IMG/VR virus record: IMGVR_UViG_3300042880_000420
Span: 1-64,000 of that record
Direction: 5' to 3' (one strand)
Source: a virus
DNA: 64,000 nt
The notes under the pieces: generated by a model
What the model was told of the DNA's origin: nothing
The model's database searches: none
What the model saw: the letters and a program-made list of their open reading frames with translations, nothing else
Part shown: positions 8,763-18,096 of the stretch, piece by piece
How positions within the stretch are numbered: the first letter of the stretch is position 1
How the letters are laid out: each line of letters begins with the position of its first letter
Program-made: the position numbers and the translations under genes

Positions 8763-8912
8763 TAAAAAAAGCTCCCAGAAGGAGCAGGTCTATACTACGG
8801 AGAATATAGGGTTGTCAAAAAAACTAATGTAGCATCAGCACTCCTGCTCTGAACTATTTTATTTTTAACGTGTAGTTCTAGTACTACATTGCAGTTTTTC
8901 ACATTAGCCAAT
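8763..8912 (-). ncRNA. Putative ~150-nt structured RNA
   Basis: TATATTTG at 8924-8917, nested stems, terminator GCTCC-TTCTG-GGAGC plus T7. Confidence 0.45.
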
Positions 8913-8930
8913 ATTGCAAATATAAAACAA

Positions 8931-9110
8931 CTATTCTAAATTCACCAATAATTCATCGATGTCAGCAACACATTCATAAATTAAATCCGTTGTATCGTCT
9001 TTTAAACACCGCCTAATTCTTTCTTTAATAGTGTGCAATCTTGGTAATAAATCCATTGCCGAAAGCATTAGGATAGCTTCTTTTTCATCGCATTCAATAT
9101 TTACTTTCAT
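8931..9110 (-). CDS. 59-aa hypothetical protein MKVNIECDEKEAILMLSAMD...LLVNLE
   Basis: Hand-translated ORF below the track length cutoff. Confidence 0.6.
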   Translation of the reverse strand: MKVNIECDEKEAILMLSAMDLLPRLHTIKERIRRCLKDDTTDLIYECVADIDELLVNLE

Positions 9111-9364
9111 ATTCTATTAGAAAATTTTGTTAATACTATTTTTTGCTTTTCCCTCAATTAGTTTCATTAGAATATATGTGTTAATCTTACGCACTGCCGA
9201 TGTAATCTATGATGTAAATACCCCTCAATAGACTTTGGAAAATGGATAAATACATTTTTTGCTTAACATAAATCCAAACTACTAAAACTTCTCAGCCATT
9301 CTTTAATTATTTTCCTAATTTCAGTCATTAGTAAATCAAAGTATATGTTGTATGAAATCCTATG

Positions 9365-10195
9365 TTATATCTCATTGATGTATACGCTATCACTTGTGGC
9401 ACTTGCTGAACCTGCTAATGTAGTAGCTGTAACTTCGCAAGTTATATATTTCCCTGCATCTCTTTCTATTAATGTATATGTTGATGCTGTTTCGGCTACG
9501 ATATTACTCCCATTGCGTTTCCATTGATAGCTGTATGTTATTGCGCCTACTGCACCCCATACCCCATCGTCAGTTGTTAGTACTTGACCGACTATTAGAA
9601 CTCCACTAATTGAAGGTGGTGCTTCAGATTCTGGAACTGTTGCAATTAGTATTTCATTACTCCTAGCAGGTAAACTAGCGCCATCTGAATCTATTGCAAT
9701 TACTTCACAAGTTAAATTAGTATCAACGTCATCAATAGCTATTTTGTACACATCATAAATTTCACCGTCTATCTTAATGCCATCTCTATACCATTGATAC
9801 TCATAGCTTATTATTCCTGTATCGCTAGTCCATGTTCCGTTCTCTTTTACACCTCCAACAGCACCTATTAATATTTCTCCATCTACAATTATCGTAGGTG
9901 GTACTACATTTACTGGTACGTTACCATCATTAGAAATAGTTACCTGGTTCCAGGTTACTCCATTAAAAGAATAAAGTTTTCTTGTAGATGTATCTATTCC
10001 TAATTTATTAATGGTAATACCGCTAGTTGGAAATAAAGCAACATTACTACCAATATATAATGAAGAATTACTCAAAGCTGTAAGCTCTGCTTGCAAATCA
10101 AAAATAAGTTGATCAAGCATATTAATAACTTGATTTACATTATTAGATGTTGCAAAATAAGGAACTCCTTTTATATGCTTTGATTGATAGTTCAT
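9365..10195 (-). CDS. Protein with two tandem Ig-like repeats, possible virion decoration or adhesion protein
   Basis: Two copies of PP.I.....G.W.....Y.YQW.R.G..I......Y.....D....TCEV.A....G...A.S. Confidence 0.8.
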   Translation of the reverse strand: MNYQSKHIKGVPYFATSNNVNQVINMLDQLIFDLQAELTALSNSSLYIGSNVALFPTSGITINKLGIDTSTRKLYSFNGVTWNQVTISNDGNVPVNVVPPTIIVDGEILIGAVGGVKENGTWTSDTGIISYEYQWYRDGIKIDGEIYDVYKIAIDDVDTNLTCEVIAIDSDGASLPARSNEILIATVPESEAPPSISGVLIVGQVLTTDDGVWGAVGAITYSYQWKRNGSNIVAETASTYTLIERDAGKYITCEVTATTLAGSASATSDSVYINEI

Positions 10196-11016
10196 TAATG
10201 AAGAAGTTTATAATATTGTTTAAAATGACGTATTCTATCATTAATTCCTATTACCCCGCCATTTACTCTTTTAGTAACTTTAGTAACAACATCATCTGAT
10301 GCACCTAAGTCACAAATAGACCAAAGTTTATTAGAATCAAAGAAGAATGCTGCTGAAGCTAAAGGATATTTAGTTGCTACTAAATCTGGATTTGCAAGTA
10401 TGTTATCTTCTACTGTTGCATCAAATAATGTATAATTTGATTTACCGGTTAATTGGATATATCCTCTACCTCTATGTTTCCAACCATCACCTGATGATTC
10501 AGGACCATTACCCATTCTAGAAGCATATACTTTATTTGCAATTTTTTCAGGTTGACGTGCAAATGCAGCAGCTGTAGTAGAATTAAAATATTTACCAAAT
10601 ATTTTAACTAAACCATCAGCTGAATAGTTTAAGTTTTCAGATACAGCTTTAAATCCAGCTGATTCATGTCCACATTGTGCTAAAAAATGAGCAAGTCTTA
10701 AAGGATTAGTTATATTAAATTTAGCAGCAGTATCAGGTATTTGTGCAATTACTGCATCAGGAATATGTCCTTTTAAATTAGCTAACTTAAAACTAGAAAC
10801 AGGTATTACAATTGAAGCTGCAACTGGTGCAGGTGTTCCAAACATTTTAGACCATGTAACATCACCTACTATACCATCAGCAGTTAATCCATTAGCAGCT
10901 TGCCATTCTTTTACTTTAGCTTCTGTACCATTGCCAAATATACCGTCAGCAGCTAAACCTAATTTTGTTTGAAGTTGTTTAACTTCTTCTCCTTTTGATC
11001 CGTTTTTTAATAACAT
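10195..11016 (-). CDS. Endolysin: peptidoglycan-binding domain plus GH19 glycosidase
   Basis: LQTKLGLAADGIFG..T...VK.WQ...GL.ADGIVG; FLAQCGHES, RGRGYIQLTG, TKRVNGG. Confidence 0.93.
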   Translation of the reverse strand: MLLKNGSKGEEVKQLQTKLGLAADGIFGNGTEAKVKEWQAANGLTADGIVGDVTWSKMFGTPAPVAASIVIPVSSFKLANLKGHIPDAVIAQIPDTAAKFNITNPLRLAHFLAQCGHESAGFKAVSENLNYSADGLVKIFGKYFNSTTAAAFARQPEKIANKVYASRMGNGPESSGDGWKHRGRGYIQLTGKSNYTLFDATVEDNILANPDLVATKYPLASAAFFFDSNKLWSICDLGASDDVVTKVTKRVNGGVIGINDRIRHFKQYYKLLH

Positions 11017-11018
11017 AA

Positions 11019-11435
11019 TTAATTGTATCTATTTTTTCTAATCTTTTTTAATTCTTTGTATTTTCTTCTAAAAGTTCTGTAATTACAGGTATCTAGAAAC
11101 ATAGCAGTTTTATTAGTTTCTTCAAACCATTTAGATAAACCACGGTTAATATTATAACATTCTTTTAGTCTGCCTTCATAATATGCTTTACACATACCTA
11201 CAGCTGTATCCTCTTGAATAACTACAACAGTATCTACTATTACAGGTTTTAATAATTCTTTTTTTTGAGAATCTATTATAGTAATAAATTTAACAAATTT
11301 ATTGTTAATATCATCTGCTTGTGTTTTAGTAAGCATTACAATTTGTTGACCGTCAATAACTTTAGTCTTGGGATATTGGCAATAACTTAAATTGCTCAAC
11401 AGTATCAGGCATACTAATGTTAGAAATGCTTTCAT
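11019..11435 (-). CDS. Exported lysis-cassette protein (start corrected to MKAFLTLVCL)
   Basis: Signal-like N-terminus after the ATG at 11435; the 11543 start lies deep in the upstream gene. Confidence 0.65.
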   Translation of the reverse strand: MKAFLTLVCLILLSNLSYCQYPKTKVIDGQQIVMLTKTQADDINNKFVKFITIIDSQKKELLKPVIVDTVVVIQEDTAVGMCKAYYEGRLKECYNINRGLSKWFEETNKTAMFLDTCNYRTFRRKYKELKKIRKNRYN

Positions 11436-11694
11436 GTAATTGTTGATTTTCTTTTTTAAGAATGGTAACAACACTGGAGAGACTGTCAACAGCTTTTTCA
11501 GCATTTTTAAGGGTACTAATTCTTTTTGTAATTGTTTTTTCATTTTTTTCTGTTGTTATTTTTACTAAACTATCAATATTTATAGTTTTAAATGATTTAG
11601 CTTTTTTAGTTGAAGGGTTTTGACCTATTGCAGTAGTAATAGCAATAAACAATATTATTATACTAACAACTAGTATTATTTTATTTTGTAGCAT
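11362..11694 (-). CDS. Membrane-anchored coiled-coil protein, i-spanin-like
   Basis: N-terminal TM helix, coiled coil, lysis context. Confidence 0.6.
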   Translation of the reverse strand: MLQNKIILVVSIIILFIAITTAIGQNPSTKKAKSFKTINIDSLVKITTEKNEKTITKRISTLKNAEKAVDSLSSVVTILKKENQQLHESISNISMPDTVEQFKLLPISQD

Positions 11695-11989
11695 TGATTA
11701 TAGCATGTTGGGTTATTAAATTTATTATAATAGAATCTTTAGAATCTATTTTTTTTTCTAATTTTACAGTAGTTTCTATACAATTGTCAATTCCTTTAAC
11801 TTCTGCTTTTTCTTTATCTTTATATATGTAAACTATACCAATAATACATAAAAAAGCTACAGCAGCTACAGGGTATTTTCTAAATTGATTAAAACTAACA
11901 GGAAGTTTTACAGCATCTTTAGCTGATTCAACTGTTTCTTTAACAGTACTTTTAGGTTTCACCGGGGTTTTTCTAGATTGTGTTGCCAT
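11681..11989 (-). CDS. Single-TM membrane protein, holin/antiholin-like
   Basis: YPVAAVAFLCIIGIVYIY TM followed by a coiled coil. Confidence 0.6.
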   Translation of the reverse strand: MATQSRKTPVKPKSTVKETVESAKDAVKLPVSFNQFRKYPVAAVAFLCIIGIVYIYKDKEKAEVKGIDNCIETTVKLEKKIDSKDSIIINLITQHAIINATK

Positions 11990-12236
11990 TATTTTCAGTT
12001 GTATTGTTTGATTTTTTAGTAAATTTATCTATTGTATCAGCACCCATGCCAATAGCAGTGATAACTAAAACAGCATTAACTAATGATTCTGCTGGTTCAA
12101 AATCTTTATGTGAATAACTATTTAATGTCATAGTTAAACATAAAAATAATGTTCCAATAAATGCTACTACAGGTTTAACTGATGTAGATCCTCTTTCATC
12201 TTTGAATAAATCAACTATCCATTGTTTAAAATTCAT
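11973..12236 (-). CDS. Holin-like protein with two TM helices
   Basis: Two hydrophobic segments, hydrophilic C-tail, lysis context. Confidence 0.65.
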   Translation of the reverse strand: MNFKQWIVDLFKDERGSTSVKPVVAFIGTLFLCLTMTLNSYSHKDFEPAESLVNAVLVITAIGMGADTIDKFTKKSNNTTENNGNTI

Positions 12237-12237
12237 A

Positions 12238-12798
12238 TTAGTATAATTTTTTAAATTTATTAATTACATAAAGAATAACAGATATAGCAATTATTGATAA
12301 TAATATATAAAATTTTGCTCTTTCTTTAGTTATTGTTACTTTTTTATCTTTAATATCTATTTTTAATTCTTTAATACTATCTGTTTTTTGAGTAATTTCT
12401 GTTTTTAATATAGATTCTAATTTAACATCTCTGATATAATTGTTCTTAGTAACAGTTTGAACAATGTTTTTAGTAGGAGGGCATTTTACATAAACTTTGT
12501 CATTTTTAACAGAAATGCTAGTTCCTGATGGTAAAACAGTATCTTTAGTAGTAATAGATATAGTATCTGTAATGTAGTTATTTTGAATAATAGTATCTAT
12601 TTTTACTACATCAACAATTACTGTATCATTAATGCAATAGCCTCTTTTAACTACTTCTTTTGCTACAATGTTAAATTTTTTATCATTTGTTAACACTCTT
12701 TTAACAGAATTGCAGGAAAAAGATATAGTTATAACTAATAATATAAATAAATAAACAATTAATATTTTTAAAGAATCACTCATACTCTCTTTTTTCAT
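12238..12798 (-). CDS. Lipoprotein with C-terminal TM helix (unimolecular-spanin architecture)
   Basis: Lipobox ISFS-C after a hydrophobic stretch; C-terminal FYILLSIIAISVILYVI then KFKK. Confidence 0.65.
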   Translation of the reverse strand: MKKESMSDSLKILIVYLFILLVITISFSCNSVKRVLTNDKKFNIVAKEVVKRGYCINDTVIVDVVKIDTIIQNNYITDTISITTKDTVLPSGTSISVKNDKVYVKCPPTKNIVQTVTKNNYIRDVKLESILKTEITQKTDSIKELKIDIKDKKVTITKERAKFYILLSIIAISVILYVINKFKKLY

Positions 12799-13090
12799 TT
12801 TTATTATCTTGTATTAATGCAGCATAAACCTTATTAAAAGTATCTGGAACATATGGTCTGTCATTGTTACTTTTATTATATGCAAAAACTTTATTGTTTA
12901 AATTTTCTACTTGAGATTTTAAATTAATAATTTCTACATGGTCAGCAGCTGTTTGCGCTAACAGACTTTTAACATCTGATTTAATTTCTTTAATATCATC
13001 ATAAAGAATTATTGCTAAAAAACTCATAATTGACGGAAATAACCATGTCTTAACTGTACTAAGAATAGATTTTTCATTAGGTGTTATCAT
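12776..13090 (-). CDS. TM plus coiled-coil protein, first gene of the lysis cassette
   Basis: WLFPSIMSFLAIILY followed by heptad repeats. Confidence 0.65.
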   Translation of the reverse strand: MITPNEKSILSTVKTWLFPSIMSFLAIILYDDIKEIKSDVKSLLAQTAADHVEIINLKSQVENLNNKVFAYNKSNNDRPYVPDTFNKVYAALIQDNKNEKREYE

Positions 13091-13097
13091 CTATAAA

Positions 13098-13105
13098 TAT
13101 ATTTG
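13098..13105 (+). promoter_or_regulatory. Bacteroidetes -7 element TATATTTG ahead of the replication operon
   Basis: Consensus match in the divergent intergenic region. Confidence 0.45.
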
Positions 13106-13254
13106 CAGAATTAAATAAATAAAGGAATATACTATTAATATACAAAATAATCATCACAAATAAGACTATGTAATACAATTTTTTAATCCAAAAAAGAAGA
13201 ACTATTAAAAATATTTAAAATAACCTACCAAATGTTAAAATATATAAAAATAAA

Positions 13255-13641
13255 ATGAATAAACTACTATCCCTTAATGAATTAGAATTAATTATAAACA
13301 TGCATATTCCTGATGAAATATTTGATAAATACAGCAATATTAGGGTAAAATGCAGAAAAAGAGAATTGATAGATCTTAGATTTATATTTTTTCATATTGC
13401 TAAAAAATCAGGTTATACATCTATAACAATTGGTAAGTATTTTAAAAAAGACCACTCTACAATACTAAACGGATGGAAAAAGTTTGACAGATATATAAAT
13501 ACAGATGAAGAATTTACTAATAAATATAAAGTTATTATATCATATATAAATAAATATTACGAGAATGGAATTAGAGTATTATACGAACCTATTAAAAAAC
13601 CAGTTGACTCCAAATCAACATTACATCCTCTTTTGTTGTAA
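13255..13641 (+). CDS. DnaA C-terminal-like helix-turn-helix protein
   Basis: RKRELIDLRFIF...IGKYFKKDHSTIL matches the DnaA domain IV signature. Confidence 0.75.
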   Translation: MNKLLSLNELELIINMHIPDEIFDKYSNIRVKCRKRELIDLRFIFFHIAKKSGYTSITIGKYFKKDHSTILNGWKKFDRYINTDEEFTNKYKVIISYINKYYENGIRVLYEPIKKPVDSKSTLHPLLL

Positions 13642-14134
13642 GAATAATATAAAAATAGGAATATTATATAACACCAAACATGAAGTGTTATTATTACAAA
13701 AATCAGGATTTTTAAATGAAAGTTTTAAAATTACAGACAAAGCTGAAGTTGCTCTTGATAATCTTAGCACAATATTTAGGAAAAAAAAATCTACGGCATT
13801 AGAAAGTTTAATGGGACCTGATTTTCTTACATATATAGCTGAATTTAGAGAATATTTTCCTAAAAACAAAAAAGCATCTCCATCAGAAATTAAAGCTAAA
13901 TTTTCAAAACTATTTTTAGAAAACCCTGGACTTAATTGGAATAAACTAATAAACGCAACAGCTTTGTATTTCTCAGAGACAAGAGAAGAAAGATTTATAT
14001 ATAAAGCTTCAAACTTTATTATGGTGCAAAGAAGTGGTATTAATAGTTACCCCATATTAGAATATTATGAGAGAATAGAAAATGGTGAAAATCCATCTGA
14101 CAGAACAGACGTAAATATGTATAAAATATATTAA
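13565..14134 (+). CDS. Hypothetical replication protein, possible initiator or helicase loader
   Basis: 189-aa ORF directly before DnaB; function inferred from position only. Confidence 0.6.
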   Translation: MELEYYTNLLKNQLTPNQHYILFCCKNNIKIGILYNTKHEVLLLQKSGFLNESFKITDKAEVALDNLSTIFRKKKSTALESLMGPDFLTYIAEFREYFPKNKKASPSEIKAKFSKLFLENPGLNWNKLINATALYFSETREERFIYKASNFIMVQRSGINSYPILEYYERIENGENPSDRTDVNMYKIY

Positions 14135-14135
14135 T

Positions 14136-15119
14136 ATGAATGGACAAGAACAAATAATAAAAAAATGGAGACACGTATCAGATATAAGAGCAGAGACTCT
14201 TAATTATATCAAGAAAAGAAGAGCTGGTGTTATACGTTCTGTAAGAACACCGTGGTCTAAATTAAATAATGTTTTAATGGATGGTCTTGAGTGGGGTAGT
14301 ATTTACATTATTGGCGGTAGACCGGGTACGGGTAAAACAAGTGTAGTGAGTCAAATCACTAATATGGCACATTTTAATAATCCTGGACAAGAATTTGCTG
14401 TTTTAAATTTTCAGTTTGAAATGGGTGATAGAGTAATTGGTGCAAGAGAATTAACTAAACCTCTAAGCATGGATATGAAAAAGATATTCAGTGCTCATCC
14501 TACCGATAAACTTTCTCCCACTGAAATACAAGACATAGAAAACTATTACAATAAGAAATGTAATGATGAGATATACTATATTACAGACCCTCTTACAGCT
14601 AAAGAATTTTCAAGAGAAGTTTTAAGATTTTATGCTGCTGTACAAAAACCTATTATTGTGACTTTAGATCATTCTATTCTTGTCAAAAAAAGTATAGATG
14701 AAGTAAGTCAAATAGAAGCATTGTATAATCTTTCTAGTGAAATGGTAGGTCTTAAGAAAAAAATACCAGATAGTATGTTTATTGTTCTTTCTCAAATGAA
14801 TAGAACAATAGAAGATCACACTAGAAGACAATCTGGTACTGTAGGTAATTATCCAACATCTTCTGATTTGTTTGGAGCAGATGCATTAATGCAAAATGCA
14901 GATGCTGTAATTCTAATAAACAGACCAGATTTAATGGGTATATCCGAATATGGTCCTGAAAAAATTAAAGTTGAAGACGGTATGGTGGTATTTCATCTTA
15001 TTAAGAATAGGTTTGGTGAACAATGTATGTTGTTCTTTAAACAAGAACTTAAATATTTTGAAGTGCAAGAAGCACCAACACCAAACACAAATAAAATAAT
15101 GTTTAAAAAAATACCATAA
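14136..15119 (+). CDS. dnaB: DnaB-like replicative helicase
   Basis: GGRPGTGKT, FQFEM, LDH, LSQMNR, SDLFGADALMQNAD, IKNRFG. Confidence 0.92.
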   Translation: MNGQEQIIKKWRHVSDIRAETLNYIKKRRAGVIRSVRTPWSKLNNVLMDGLEWGSIYIIGGRPGTGKTSVVSQITNMAHFNNPGQEFAVLNFQFEMGDRVIGARELTKPLSMDMKKIFSAHPTDKLSPTEIQDIENYYNKKCNDEIYYITDPLTAKEFSREVLRFYAAVQKPIIVTLDHSILVKKSIDEVSQIEALYNLSSEMVGLKKKIPDSMFIVLSQMNRTIEDHTRRQSGTVGNYPTSSDLFGADALMQNADAVILINRPDLMGISEYGPEKIKVEDGMVVFHLIKNRFGEQCMLFFKQELKYFEVQEAPTPNTNKIMFKKIP

Positions 15120-15679
15120 TGAGCTTATCAACAAAAACAGTTATTACTTCAGATGATAGGAAGATAGTAAATGAACAAATTAAAAAATATCATCAACCTG
15201 CATTTGATATGTTAGGGGAAATAAATCCACTTTTTCAACCACGTACAATGTTTACTTGGAACAATGAGATTCATGTTTCTTTATACAAAAAAGAACTTAC
15301 AGCTCCCGTTTTTTATATGGAGCTTATAAATGATGATATGTCTCCTAAGGATTCTGAAAGAACTCTTTATAAGTTTAGAGGAAATGTAGAATGTATTAAC
15401 GAATATTTTAGCAAATCTTACACGGGTCAGTTTGGAGAATACAGTAAATATTTTGTACCTTTGGAAGATTTTGAAAAAGTAGATTTAAATAAAGTTTTAA
15501 AACCAAATGTAACACAAGCTCTTCCTTTTGACGAAGAGATTTATAAAACAGAAGATGAATTGGAAGATGCATTAATGTCTAAGCTTACCATTAGAGATCA
15601 TGCAGCTATTCAATGGAAGTTACCAGTTTCACAAAAAAAATGGTTAAATAAATTAATTCAAGAAATAAATAAAAAATAG
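15119..15679 (+). CDS. Hypothetical phage protein
   Basis: 186-aa ORF, translationally coupled to dnaB. Confidence 0.8.
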   Translation: MSLSTKTVITSDDRKIVNEQIKKYHQPAFDMLGEINPLFQPRTMFTWNNEIHVSLYKKELTAPVFYMELINDDMSPKDSERTLYKFRGNVECINEYFSKSYTGQFGEYSKYFVPLEDFEKVDLNKVLKPNVTQALPFDEEIYKTEDELEDALMSKLTIRDHAAIQWKLPVSQKKWLNKLIQEINKK

Positions 15680-16363
15680 ATGGCACAAGGAATATTAATT
15701 GTAGGAGAGTCTGGATCTGGCAAAACTACAAGCATCGAACTATTAGATCCAAAAGAAACATTTATTATTAACGTTTCATGTAAACCTTTATCTTTTAAAG
15801 GATGGAGAAAAAATTATATTGAATGGACAAAAGACAATCCTACAGGTAATCTTTTCAAATCACCAGATCCTAAATCTATTGAGGCATGTATGAAATATGT
15901 GTCAGAAAAAAGACCTGAAATTAAAAATCTAATCGTTGATGATTTTCAATACATTTCTTCTTTCGAATTTTTTGATAGAGCAGAAGAAAAAGGTTTTGAA
16001 AAATTTACTCAAATTGGTGCAACATTAGCAAGAATTTCAAGACTTCCTATGACTTTAAGAGATAACTTAATGGTTTTCTTTCTTACTCATGTTGAAGAAG
16101 GCACTGATATTGAAAACAGAAAAAGATATAAAGCTAAAACAATAGGACGACTTGTAGATGAAAAACTTACATTAGAAGGATTATTTACAATTGTACTATT
16201 TTGTAAAGCAAAAAAAGACAAAGATGGTAAGATCAGTTATATATTTGAAACACAAAATTCAGGTGATAATACATGTAAATCACCAAAGGATATGTTTTCA
16301 TCTTCTATAATTCCTAATGACTTACAATTAGTAATAAAAACAATTCACGAATACGAAAATTAA
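15680..16363 (+). CDS. AAA_24/Sak4-like P-loop ATPase
   Basis: GESGSGKT, IVDDFQY, LEGLFTIVL, CKSP. Confidence 0.85.
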   Translation: MAQGILIVGESGSGKTTSIELLDPKETFIINVSCKPLSFKGWRKNYIEWTKDNPTGNLFKSPDPKSIEACMKYVSEKRPEIKNLIVDDFQYISSFEFFDRAEEKGFEKFTQIGATLARISRLPMTLRDNLMVFFLTHVEEGTDIENRKRYKAKTIGRLVDEKLTLEGLFTIVLFCKAKKDKDGKISYIFETQNSGDNTCKSPKDMFSSSIIPNDLQLVIKTIHEYEN

Positions 16364-16388
16364 ACATTAACAATTAAATTTTAAAAAA

Positions 16389-17045
16389 ATGGCTTTAAGC
16401 ACAAAAAACATCAAAATTTCGGAAGGAAGACTTTCCAAAACTATTAACCCTGGAAACATTAAGGGTAAAATTTATGACATTTCTTTGAAACCTGGATATA
16501 ATCAAGGAAGTTATTATCTTATATTATCTATTGAAACAGAACCTATTGAAAACTTTGAAGGTTTCTTTATTAACTCTCAAGATGAATCTCAAGGAAAACA
16601 TAAAGGTCAAGTAGGTAGAATAAGATATTCTCAATATGCTTTTGAAACTAAAACACTTCCTTCTGGTATTAAAGTTGATAGAGATGAGAATATTTTAAAA
16701 GCTATTTTGACATTAGCAAAAGCACAAGGTATTAGTGATACTATCAACGAAGTAGAAGGTGATACTATTGAAGAATTTGTAATTAATGCAAAACCTGTAA
16801 TTTGTAATGATATTTATTTGAATTGGTGTATTGCTGGTAAAGAATATAGCAATAAAGATGGATATACTGCTTATGACTGTTTTATTCCAAAAGTAACAAA
16901 TAAGAAATTTGGATTTGCAATGGATGATGATGCTGTAATTACTTTTAATGAAGCTGAACACATTATAAAAGAAAAAAAGAAGCAATCTGAAAATGTTTCT
17001 GATTTTGAACCACAGACAAAGAGTAGCGACTTTGATATGTTTTAA
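16389..17045 (+). CDS. Putative single-stranded DNA-binding protein
   Basis: Follows the Sak4-like gene, beta-rich, acidic-aromatic C-tail SDFDMF. Confidence 0.55.
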   Translation: MALSTKNIKISEGRLSKTINPGNIKGKIYDISLKPGYNQGSYYLILSIETEPIENFEGFFINSQDESQGKHKGQVGRIRYSQYAFETKTLPSGIKVDRDENILKAILTLAKAQGISDTINEVEGDTIEEFVINAKPVICNDIYLNWCIAGKEYSNKDGYTAYDCFIPKVTNKKFGFAMDDDAVITFNEAEHIIKEKKKQSENVSDFEPQTKSSDFDMF

Positions 17046-17060
17046 TTGTTAATTGTTTGT

Positions 17061-17095
17061 AAATAAAAGGGGGAGTAACATCCCCCTTTTATTTT
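17061..17095 (+). terminator. Rho-independent terminator
   Basis: AAATAAAAGGGGGA-GTAACA-TCCCCCTTTTATTT. Confidence 0.8.
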
Positions 17096-17112
17096 TATTT
17101 TAATTTTAAACC

Positions 17113-18096
17113 ATGCTAACAACCAAAAATATAATAATAGATTATAAAGACGTACCAACTACATGGATATTTGAGCATTATTGCAACCTTAATCAGAAAT
17201 TAAATGGTCAGGATGTTAAAATAAAAAGTATGTTTAATAATGCTGATAAGATCCCAAGCATGTGTATTTATTATGATAAAATAAAAAGCGTATACAAATT
17301 TAAAGATTTTTCTAGTGGTAAATCTGGTGAAGGTGCCAATCTACTTATGTATCTGTATAATCTAACATTTAGTGAAGCTGCTTTTAAACTTATTAACGAT
17401 TATAAAGAATACATTAAGAATAATCATAAATCAGATGTAAAAATTAATGAATATGCTAAGTTTAAAGTAACAGACTTTATTATAAAAACATGGAATATAT
17501 TAGATAGAGACTTTTGGGTAAAATATAATATTGGAACTACTATTCTAAATAAATATAATGTTAAACCTCTTAGTAAATACACTATGAGTAAAGAAGAAGA
17601 TGGTAGGACAGAAAGCATTACTATATCTGGTGATTATTTATATGGATATTTTAAAAATGATGGTACACTCTATAAAATTTATCAACCAAAAAATAAAAAA
17701 AAGAAGTTTATAAAAGTAAAATCTTATATACAAGGTCTTGAGCAATGTGAAAATCATTCTTATTTGCTTATAACTAGTAGTCTTAAAGATATTATGTCTA
17801 TCAAAAGTCTCGGTGTTAAAATAGATTGTATAGCTGCTGATAGTGAAAACACATTTATTCCTAAATCGGAAATAGTTAAACTTATGGAATCTTATAAGTC
17901 TATATCTGTATGTTTTGATAATGATTTACCAGGTATTACATCTATGCAGAAATATAAAGAACTTTATGGGTTTAATGTATTTTATTTACCACTCAGTAAA
18001 GATATAAGTGATAGTATTAAAGATTATGGAGTTAAGAAAGTTTTATATACTTTTGTTCCTCTAATAAATAAATCATTTGAAAATGGCAAAAGCTAG
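17113..18096 (+). CDS. DNA primase (Toprim), crAss-like
   Basis: FKDFSSG, ITSSLKD, FDND.PG, KDISD. Confidence 0.85.
   Translation: MLTTKNIIIDYKDVPTTWIFEHYCNLNQKLNGQDVKIKSMFNNADKIPSMCIYYDKIKSVYKFKDFSSGKSGEGANLLMYLYNLTFSEAAFKLINDYKEYIKNNHKSDVKINEYAKFKVTDFIIKTWNILDRDFWVKYNIGTTILNKYNVKPLSKYTMSKEEDGRTESITISGDYLYGYFKNDGTLYKIYQPKNKKKKFIKVKSYIQGLEQCENHSYLLITSSLKDIMSIKSLGVKIDCIAADSENTFIPKSEIVKLMESYKSISVCFDNDLPGITSMQKYKELYGFNVFYLPLSKDISDSIKDYGVKKVLYTFVPLINKSFENGKS

Noticed and set aside
13255-13641. Calling this gene dnaA
   Set aside because: Only a domain IV-like HTH is present, with no AAA+ domain
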